IMG/VR virus record: IMGVR_UViG_3300044617_000226
Span: 1-64,000 of that record
Length of the DNA: 64,000 bases
Source of the DNA: a virus
Strand: one strand, 5' to 3'
Under the pieces are notes generated by a model. It was not told the DNA's origin, made no database searches, and saw only the letters and a list, made by a program, of their open reading frames with translations. Shown here one piece after another: positions 48,101 through 60,100 of the stretch. Numbering within the stretch: the stretch's first letter is position 1; each line of letters starts with the position of its first letter. Position numbers and translations under genes: made by a program.

Positions 48101-51100
48101 ACCGATACTACATAATAAATCTTGTTTTCTTCGATACCGCCGAACACATCACCTGTGAACACTACTGGTGCATTTAAGTATAGACCAGTCGCGCCACCTG
48201 TACCTATAGGATTCAATGGGACGATCACAGTATTGTTGCTTGAGTTAGTACCTGTGACTGTTCTAATACCAGGATATGCTGTAGTGATTCTGGCAGCATT
48301 AGTGACCTTGGCAGTATAGCATTTCATATCTGCAGGACCTGACGGACCTAATACTAATGGTGCACCATCAGGTGTTGCGCTGACAAAGAATCTTGTTAGA
48401 CTTGTGATAGAACTCACATAATAGACAGTATTCGCTGATAGACCACCGCTAGCACTAGAGAACTTCACTGGCATATTGACTGTCATGCCTAATGTAGAAC
48501 CTGAAGGATTGCTTATGCTTGGTTCTACTGCAAGTTCTATACCTAACGGACCGGTGCTTGCTACTCTTCTTTCAAATCCTGACCATACAACACCTGCGCT
48601 ATCTGAAGTAGTGATCGTTGTAGGATTATTAGACACCGAGATGATTGGGAATACGGTCCCGCCTGCGCTTGACAATATGTTATTGATATCTGGCTGTGTG
48701 CTTGACATCAACATGCTTGAGCCAGAACTATCTTGGTAATAACCTACGAATTCGCTAGCATAGAATGAGTTTGGAGCCCAGTCTGTGATTTGAGTATCAT
48801 AACTTGTTCTATCAAATTTGATAGTGATATTGTTTTCTCTTACAGGACTACTTGATGTTACTGCTAATGCTCTAGCACCAACCTTGAAACTCTGCGTGCC
48901 TGAACCTTGAGAAGAATACTCAACTCTGTTTTTATCTTCTATAGCATCTAGGTAACTATCATATAGTGCTATGATTGTGACTGGACTTGAATCTAATACA
49001 TTGATATAGTAATATTCATTGTCAGCGAGGTTACCTATGTTAGTAGTACCTTCTACATATCTTACCATATCACCAGTAACGAATGTAGGTGCATCCAATG
49101 TTATAGTGTTTGTTTCTATGTTGACATTACCACTAGCAAATGTATATGTGGCTGCTTCTTCGATCACAATATCAGGTGTTACTGCATATCCTTCACCTGG
49201 ATTTATGATGTTGATCGTAGATACTTTGTCAAGGCTCATAGTAACTTCTAACTGAGCCTGAACTCTTGGTTCTGGATATATACTTGTATCTATGATCGCC
49301 AATGCTCTTGGTGGGTTAGCATAGTTCTTACCGCCATCCAACACTATGACAGGAGGTAAATCCATGTATACATTAGTGCCAGGCAAGTGTACTGCTACAG
49401 TTGTCTGGTTTATACCTCTCGTTAATCCTGATAGTTCGCCGGTAGCTCTGTTCACGCTAGCATAACTTATCAATTCATCGTTGATCTTGATAGTACCGTT
49501 GATTGGATATCCTTGAGCATTATCAACAATGATAGAATTGCTTACCAAAGTAACATAAGATAACAATTCGCCCATGAGATAATCTGGTTGACCTGTGAGG
49601 CTTAATCCATAATTGTTAAACCATTCTTTATATTTTTCAGTCTTCCATATTGGGCTGTCTGGTAAGAATTCGTATTCTGTATCAGCATTGTTGTAAACTA
49701 ATTGTGGGCTTACAAACTTATCTATGTTAGTATCATATTCTGCAGGAACATCAAAGTCTGTGATAGTACCTGGATATACATCGCCACCTGTGTAATCAAA
49801 CAAGAATTCTTTGATAACCACATGATATGGCTTAGTCTCATTGACATAGCCACTTAAGAACTCTTGATTGTCTGATATGAAATTCTGCAATGGTTTCAAT
49901 TCACGAATCTTATGTGAGACATCTACTAATGATGTCTTGTTTAGCCATGGCAGATAATTTTGATTTTCAATAGTCTCTTCTTGGATGTATTCAAACATCA
50001 ATATGAGGCTCTTGTTTCTATGAATCAACAATTCATCAGTATAAATCTGTTCGTTCAATGATCTAATGATCCAGCGTGTAGGCTGACTTGGGAACACATC
50101 ATAACTGTCTGTATCGTAGAATGTGCCACCGAATCCAAATCCACCTGCATCATAGTCATATAGTTCAGATTTAAATCTGATAGTGCCGTTTTCAAGGCCT
50201 ATTCTAGTCCAAACATTGTCACCATCATAAATATAAGTTTCACTTAAACCTAAACCGTTCTTAGATACTGTTACTATAGTACCTGCCGCAACATTCAATG
50301 TTGATAGATCGGCGTATACAGGCACTTGCAATACTGATCGTGTGTTGTTGTCAAAGCCGACTGCCCACCAGTTTACATATTCCCAGTAATCTGCTGTGTC
50401 ATAATATGTGCCTGATTCGAATAAGAAATCAAATGAACGAATCTCGGCTATAGGATATTGCTCCATTATGCTGTTAGCATACTGCAAGTAATTCTTTAAT
50501 GCCGCGAATCTGTCATAGAAGAAAGTCTGTCTTGGTCTTGCTAATACACCTGACTGTACAGCCTTAGGTAAGAACGGATCAGGTACTGAGTTGCCTGATT
50601 CATCTACACCGCTGAAACTATCTAAGAATCTATCATATAATGATTCTGGTTGTGTGATACCAAATGAGCCGGGTACGCCAGGCAAGAAATCATCAGCAAA
50701 GTTGCTTCTAATCAAATCAAACTGCTGGTGTGCTGGATTGTTTTCTTGACCTGTAGTGAATCCAACATGCAATACACTACTGTTAGCGTTGATGAACGGT
50801 TTGCAATTATAGATAGCAAATATGTTTGTTGACAATGTGGCAAGATAACTTATACCGGAACCTTGTGGGTTGCTGATATAGTTGGCGATATTGATATCTG
50901 CTAGATTTTTGTTAGATGCTATCACCCCAGTATTTCTAGCCCAGAAATAGTACACAGGAACAACAGTGTTATTTGAATTTAATGCTGTTTGTACTGTGAA
51001 TCTTGATATATCTTTTGGTATGCCAGGACCTTGATATGCTGTAGGAGGTACAGTACTTGCTACCCATGTGCATACTGCAACATCACTGCCTGGGAACAAT

Positions 51101-54100
51101 TGTCCCCAATATCTTGCATTATATTCATTATCATTTTGATGATAGTTTAAGAATCTAATGTTAGTTGTGTCGAACCATATCTTACCAACTTGATCTGCAC
51201 CCCATACTAAGTTAGGTGCTACTGCGTTAGTATTGTTATAACCTGCAGGATCAATGTTGCTGATATAATCTATGTTTTGTCTTACAGCACCTAAGATTTT
51301 GCCTTGTAATGGGTCGATATAATCTAGGTTTATTAAAGTATTATTAGTCTCGGCGTCGAATATCTGTAGATTCTCAACACGGTCGATATCAACGACCGGG
51401 CTAGTTTGTCTAAACACTGTCCAGTTTTGTTCACCTACATTGTTGATGTAAGTCACTACTTGACCATCTATCACAGTAGGTCTGAAACCAGGCGCACCGA
51501 TCACAATTCTATCTTCGTTCCAGTCTAACGCATAACCATAAGTTGGTTGTGCGCCGTATACTAGATTCTTAGCATTAACACTTTGACCATATGTATATGA
51601 TCCTATGTTGTTCAACGATTCGTTGTAATTGCCTAGATAATCGAAAATGTATACTGCGCCAGCATTGTCGAATACATCAGTAAATTGTGTTGAGTTGTTA
51701 TCAAAGATAGTATCGTTGTCGTTTATATTGTCATCAACGAAATCAAAAGTAGTTAATGTATATCTGTCACCTACTGGTGCGCTTACTGCTACACTGTTGA
51801 ATTCATTGAATTTAACTGTCGTACCAAACTGGCTAGCACCCACTGGATGTGGGCAACTTATGATTTGAGTTTGAGTGTAAAGTTTTAATCCAAGTTCAGT
51901 TAATGTGACTGGATTATTAGTTGATACTAACAACTCTTGATTGATATTTGCAAGATTTTGATTTGCTAGTGTGATCACTAATCTGTTTTCTTGAGCCGAT
52001 GCGATAATATTAGGTACATTGGCTGTGTTGATTGCTGTCGCCGCTACAGTAGCATTACCTGCAGGTATAGTGACTAAGAAACCATTTATCAATATTTGTC
52101 TGGTTGCAGTAACATCGACTTCTTCGACACCTATCACAGTGCCGAATCTCGCGCCACCACAAGTATATCTAAACACAGCACCTTCTGCGTTAGTTGCGCT
52201 CAAGTAGAAAGGAGCACCTACTAATATCTCAGTACCGAAATTGTTAGCATCTAGGCTATATCCAAACTGTACACCTATTCTTGGTGTCTGCTCGTTAGTC
52301 AATGTTTGTACTAATACAAATTCATTGCCGCCGATAGTTAATATATCACCGTAATCAAACTCGCCACTATATGTGAAAGTAGTACCTGATACTGAGTATA
52401 ATGAAGTGTCTACTAATATACCATTCTTAGTTACTGTCAATGGTAATAGAGGATTTGGGCTCCATATCAAAGTGAATGTAGCAGGAGTATCTTCATCGTA
52501 TGCTTGATTGATCTCAATGTTTTGTACCAATCTGTCATAGATATAACTGTTACCATAATTTGCTAATGCACCTTCATCAACATTTGGTGCGCCGACAACT
52601 AATGTTGTACCATAATGATTTGTACTAATTGAGTGGCCGAACTTATCAACAACTGTTGAAGGGCCGTTTATAGTAGTCATGTACTGATAATCACACTGTG
52701 TAGCAGAACCAGTACCTGAGCCAACTCCAGTGGCTCTGAAGTATATACCTACTTCGTTTGATACTGCGCCTATCGATGTAAATTGAGGGTTGCTTCCTAA
52801 TGAAGTTATTTGATATGTGGCTCCAGATACAAAACTTCCAGCATTTGTTTCTACATTTCTTCTACGATAAACATGAACCTTGTTTCTTGCAACAGGTGTT
52901 GTTTCATTATAATCGCTGATGTATAACCAATTCAAATCACCAGACAATGCTAGACTGCTACCGAAATTAGTTGAACCTGATGTTGCTGATTCTGATGAAG
53001 CAGATATCAACTGATACAACTCTAATTCGTCACTTACTGTTGTGTTGTTTAATGTATAAATCTCTACCTTAGGGCTTGTAGTAGGTTGGCTGATGACATA
53101 CAAATTGTCTTGATGTATGACCGCTGTACCAAAACTTGCACTGCCTGATAATGTTTCGGTATTTGTATATTCATTTGTGATGACATCTAGGCTATATCTG
53201 TAAACATCGCCTTCACCGCTATCAGCGAATAGATAACCAACATCTGAATCATATGCCACTGCATTACCGAAATTGATACTGCTTGGCTGATAATATTCAT
53301 TATCATACAGATAATTGATGCTCTTCAAATATACTGCCCAGCTACCGTCAGTATTAGTATCTACCCAAACTTTGTTCTTGACGAATTCTGTGTCAGTCAA
53401 TGGTAGTGAGTTCACATCGCCGGGTTGTTCTACTCGTTGTGTGCCAAATTTCAATCCTATACCTTGACCAGTCAATATTTTAGTTGATCCTGGCAATGAT
53501 AGTGTGATTAATATCTGTCTAGGATTGATGATAGTATTCGCTACAAAGTATCCGTTCACCGCAGTATCAAAGTTGATGATAGCAAAGATATCATACTGTG
53601 ATAGATTATGTTCTTCTTTGAATGTTACCGTGCAAGTACCGTTTAAGTTGCTACGAACTTGTAATACTTGTCCAACGCTAGTAGGAGTCAATACTTGCCA
53701 GTTTGACTGATAATCAGCGATCCATATAAAATCATTGACATAAAGATTACCTAACGGTACGACTATGCCATTTTTATCTACAGCAGTCGGTAAATTGCTG
53801 TAGAAGTATGCTGACATCTTGACATCATCGATGTTTACATATCCTGCGTTTGGATATACTCTGTTAGGTGTATCTAACGCTAAAGTAGGTAATATGTAAG
53901 GGGTCGTTATCGGTCTACCATAGTTATATAAACTGTATAGAGGAACTAATTGTTGTGCATCAGGCACATCATTACCATTAGTCAATCCTATGATACCTGG
54001 ATTACCGGTTAACTGACTCTCATTCAATTTGAATTCAATGAAATTATCGTTTAGTGTACCACCGAATGTACCTTGCAATATAGCCCAGTTTTCATAGACA

Positions 54101-57100
54101 TCGTAATCGATACCGCCCTGAGGCAAGTTTGCGCCCTTGAATGCTTTGACAGAATTCAAAGTACCTTTTTCTTTGATTAGGTTCTTATAAACATTGACCT
54201 GAGTGATGTCTGTCAAGTCTGCGCTTGCCATGTATTCTCTTGGTCTGAAACCGATCAAACTAAATGATAACAGATCGGCATCTGTCTCTAAATTGGCTGA
54301 ATCACTGTTATAGTACAATGCGCTTTCGAAACTGCGTGTGCTACTGTTAGGCAACAATCCTTTTTGTATCTCATCATAATCAGTTACCTTCCACTGATTC
54401 TGATTGAACTTAGGATTAGGCTGAATTATCTCTAGTGCTGTGAAATATTTGTTCTTGTACTTGACGATCTCGCCCTTAGTATATTTGAGATCACCAGTCC
54501 ATTCTTGTATATTATCCTGATTGTATATGAAGCCGCTAGCAAACACAGTGCCGTTCCACTCTGCGCTCTTAGTTCCGCGAACAAATATACGGCTCTGTCT
54601 CAAACCTGATACTAGATTATAGATCACATCATTGAACAATGTCTCGTTCTGGAACACGATACCATGTTCGATGTTGCTTAGATTGAATTGTCCATAACCT
54701 ATAGCGTCGCCCTCGTTCAATGGTTTGATAGAAAAATATGTTGAATCTCTTTCAATACACAAATCTTTATTTTGTATTGGATATAAATTATTATTCAACA
54801 CAAAATTTGTTTGATTGTAAGTCAACGGTTGAACAATATAATTTTCTTTATCGATTGATAACTTCTTGGCAGAAGGATTTAATGTTATCACGCTACCTGA
54901 AGTGAATCCTATCTGTGTCCAATATAGGAACTCAGCAGCCATCTGATTCCAGTTGATTACGACATCTTGTATTTGATCATCAAATATTGCACCTCTGCTA
55001 GTTAACCATGCACCATAATCGATCAAGAATTGACATACATCATTTATTGTATAATAAGTCGTTCCATATGGTACTAATATTTCAGACTGATAATGATCTA
55101 TTGCGACCTGCACAGTCAAATCTTGTACTGTGATTTTGTCTTTAGGTCCGCTGATGATAGGACGCAATGTTCTGAAATAGGCGCTGTTCTGACTATTGCC
55201 GAATACAGAATATCCGTTAGTAGTTTTTTGTACGACTACTCCAGAATATACAAGTTTGAAACTTGGTTGATTTTCATACAACAACACCTGATAACTTTCA
55301 TCAGGAATCATCAAACTACTGTTATTTGAGCCCGGTGTGCCTTTTTCAACAAAGAACTTCAACAAGGCTTTATCACTAAAGCCTGCAAGTCTGTGTACTA
55401 GTCTTACATCAAGGTTGTTGAGCAACTTAGTGATATTATCAGTAGCATTTATACCTAATTGTTTTGTATAATCTACTATCCAATTGATATAACTCGTCTT
55501 TGCTGTGCCATTACCATATATCTGAATCTGATTTGGAACGAGGTGAGTTCTACCATTCACTAAGAATTGGTTGAATTCTGCATCGTATTTGTAATTGTCT
55601 AGGTCAACACCTAAGTTATAAAAGTCTGCTGGCTTCAATAATGATTGCAAGCGCATCAAGTCGAATGGATATGTAGAACTCTTTCTATATGAGAATTCTA
55701 CGGGAGCATCATCACCTACAATCCAATCACGCTTGAATGTCAATTGATTGTAATTTGCGATCAATGTTTCTAGTGGTGCTTTAAGATTTCCTTGATCATC
55801 TACTGGGATGATGTTCAGCAATCCAGGTCTTGCATACAATGGTCTTACTACAGGGTTGCCGCCGTTATAGTCTATACCATCCTGTAAATCATTCCATAAT
55901 ATCAAGTTTTGATTTGTCCATGGTGCGGGACCATAACGATCTACCCACCAGTCAGGTTGAATAGCATAACCGATCATTGCCCATGGCGTCAAGTTTGGAG
56001 TAGAAGTATCATATACATACTGGTATATGCCTCTCCAATTGCCTTGCAATACTAAACTATTATCAAGTTTTAATGTGCTTTCTCTATAGTTGTAAGTATA
56101 CTCATCGGTCGATCTATATAATTGAGTCTTGTAATCTAATCTGTTCTGTCCTACCCAATCAAGGAAATTTTTGCTATAAATTTCTGTGTATTCGACATAA
56201 CTCAATGTGTTAGTTCTGAAATAACCAGGAGTAGTCAATGCAAGATCGATAGGTAATGATCTGCTTAATTTAATATTATTGTAAACTCTAGTCTCATATT
56301 CAAGCAATGCTTGATCTCTAAAGTCTAATGGCATTCCATATACTTCGCTATATTCTCCGTATAGTTTATTATATGAACCATCGTGTCCTTGTATGAAATA
56401 AGTAGGCTCAGAGTAAGTATCGTCTATCAATACTTTTGGTGTATATAGAGGATATAAGCCTAACTTAGATGGTGTGTTTGGTATATAAGAACCATAAGTC
56501 TGATTATACTCTTTAACGATGATGCTATCGTTCGCCTGCAAGAATACATTCACTCTAACGCTTGGGCTATCTGTGCTGACCACATATTCTGTGCCGCGCA
56601 ACAACTGTTTTATGACTGATACTCCATTTATCTTTCTAGAAAGATAAACTAACACACCGTCATAATTTGCAGTAGTAAAATCATAAATCTTGCTTAATGG
56701 GAAGTTGCTTACTTCTGCTTGGTTAGCAAAATTATAACTATTGGTTGCGAACGGTGCCTTGCTTGGTATCATGTCTGACCAGAAGAAAGGTTGTTCTTGA
56801 TTCTTTACACTTGTAATAATATCGATGGCTTCGTCAAGCAACATTGCAGGATCGAATTTTTGATCTGCCGCTATCTGATTTACTGTATCAACTAACAAAT
56901 TCTTAAACTTGATGTATTCTCTGCTGTTGAATAGTAATGCATCTGATAGATTATATTGAGGATCGCGCAAGAATGCGCCGGGTAATACAAGGCTCGCGCT
57001 ATTCTGTATGATCGCTGTTCCCCATGGTACTAAGTTTCCTAGATCACGGAAGTTGTTAGGACCGAATACAGGACCTGTAGTATCAGGGTTATTTTGGAAA

Positions 57101-60100
57101 ATAGATTGATATTGACCTCTGATATCTCCGATGTCTACACTTGTTGGATCAGTATTGAATGGGTTATTAGCGAGGTTGATAGGTATAGTGTAATATGCGT
57201 TCTCACTAGTCTCGTTGCTTAATATCAATACTTCAATAGGAGTATCGACATCTTCAGTCAACTTGATAGTGATGATAGTTTCTGTCGCAGTATTTTCTAC
57301 AGTATAATCTGTGCCTAAAGTTAATATATTATTATTATTGAATACTTGCAAACTAGGCCAAGTAGTATCTTCTACACTTGCTTGAGGAATATCGACTACA
57401 ACTGTATAATCTATGCTTTCATCAGCATTCAATATTAATGGAGGATTATTGGCTGTATAATCAAATTGGAATACTTGATATTGGCCGCTTTGTGCTACGG
57501 CAGTCTGCCAGCCGGTTAATCTTGTATATTCAGTTCTTGAACTATAATCATAAACGAAACCATTCTTAACATCGCTAGTGATTGAATTACCACCGGTCAC
57601 ATAATCAAATTGTTGTGTATATAATGATATTTCAAAACTTATATCACCCACATTGTTGATAGAACTATAACTGATAGGGAAACCTAATACGCTATCACTT
57701 ATACCAACACCTAATTTATAATTGAATAATTTGCAACCATCAAATGTAGTTGATGGATATACAGAATTATTTCCATAACTAATTCCGTTTTCATCGAACA
57801 AGTCAAATCTTGGTGCTTGGTTTACAGTAGTCTTTTGCTGTGCCTCAGCAAAATCGTTTACTGTACCTGAATAGTATTCGCCGTTAAAGTATACTACTAG
57901 ACCTTCAAAATTAAATCCATTTTTAACTGAGAACTGATCATCTATTAATACTGGGCTATCCACAGCTTCAGTCAATGTGATTACCGGAAAACTTGCTGCA
58001 CCGGTATTATTGAACTCAGCGACATATATTTTGTTTCTTACATTTAAGTTAGTATCTTTTGCGAAAACAACTCTTGCTCCCGGGAACAATTGCAAATCTG
58101 CATTATCTCTTGGGTTCGCTATAAAAGAAACATTTGCGCTTGATGATACTGAATCGCTAGGTATAGGCCAATATACAGTCATCTCAAAGTTAGGACTGGT
58201 ATCTTGGATAGATAGTATTCTTGTGCCTGTTGGTAATACACTAGCGGCATCGATCTTTACATCGTTGATCCATAACCCTTGACTAAATGTACCTGAAACA
58301 ATATCGGCAGCAGGGATAGTCACTGTTGTAGTAGTCTTTTGTAGTACTTGACCAGTACCTTGAGTTGCTAGGCCTGTACCATATACAGTTAATGTTGTTC
58401 CTAAACCTATAGGCCAATTTGCAGTAAATGTATCACCTACTTGAGGTGCATCACCGGGATAGTCCGCTATCCATCCTATATTTGTCCATAATGTGTTGCC
58501 TACTTCTGCGATAGTATATTGATAACCATATACGAAAGTATTTTGAGTGTAGCCTTGACCTGTTGCTTTAAACAATAACTTGAATGCTTCGCCGTCGCCG
58601 ACAGTATCACCTGTTGGTGCGCCGCAAGTGAATATCTCGTCTACAACATAAGGGCTATACCCTACTGCTGTATATCTTTTAACTTTACCTGTTCCCCCTG
58701 CAGGGCCGGTCGCTTGGAATCTAACGCCGGGAGCAGGAGTAGTAAAGCATCCAGCAGATGTCCAATCTGTGCTGCCTACGATCAATATCTCATACCATAC
58801 TCCGGCAACGATCTCATCACTGAATATATTGTTAGTACCGGCTATAATGCTCCAGTCATCTTGTGTTGTAGTGCCTAGATTATAGATTACATATTCAGTG
58901 CCGGTTAAAAAGTTACCATCAACATCTAATTCTGCGCCTAGATTTAACCAAGTATCTTTTTGTGTATTTCCTAGACTATCAATCTGATAATATTGATCTT
59001 GTAATATACCTGATAGACCTATAGATGCTGAGTTTGAATTTACTGTGCCTGTATATTCAGTATATGTCTGAACATCAGGGTAATAAGTCTGCTGACCTTC
59101 TACGAAATCGAAAGCATTCTCAGTTCTATTATCTAAGAAATCGATGTTATCTTTACCGATTATACCATTGTTGAATAATCTTAAGTTAGGATAAAATTCA
59201 ATGATAGGTCTTTTTGCTTTATTTTCAGGCAATGCTAAATCAGTCGCTATTTGCGGATTATTATTATAATCTGCGGTCGCATTGATGACATCAATATGGA
59301 ACCAGCGATTACTTCTTGACCATGCATTTTTATTGATACTATTTCTTGCTATAGTGATATAGTCAGGTGTTGTAGGAATATTCAAGCCTTCATCATAAGG
59401 ACCAATATCATAGTTCAATATGTCATATGGGCTTGCTGCCTGAGTAGTGAATGGTTCTGGCACATTCAATGATTCTACTGGAATCAATTCAATCGCGGTG
59501 CCTACACCTTCTACATAATATTCACCTTGCAAGTAACTTACAGGTATCACATCACCGTCAAATTCAACTTTTAAACCATTAGTGAATACTACACCATTTT
59601 TACTTGTATAATTCTTTTTACCTAATATGTCATTGTTGACATCAATAGTATTTGTTTCGTTGTTTTCAATTAACTGTATAGTGCCAACTCTATTAGCATT
59701 AGTACCGTCTTGATAATACAAGGTATCTAGTACTGCTGATATATAAGGAACCTGTGTGATAACACCGGCTGCTGATTTGTAGAAATTCAATCCAGCGTAA
59801 TCATTACCATATAACACAGTTATTTTTTGTTCTGTCGGTATCAATCCCGCCGGGGTGATGAATGAGAGCAATCCTCCGAACACTCGTATAGTAAAGAAAT
59901 AATCACTGACTTTATAATCTATACCGCCTATAGTTACAACTTCATCGGGATCTCCTGTGTTATAGAACATCACTGTTCTTAAGTTAAGGAAGGTTACTCC
60001 ATCGATACCGTCACCTACAGGTTGACCAATCAGTTCACTATATGGTTTAGTGCTGACTAAACCTACAGTATTGTTCCCTGGAAAATTGTATTCGTCTTGC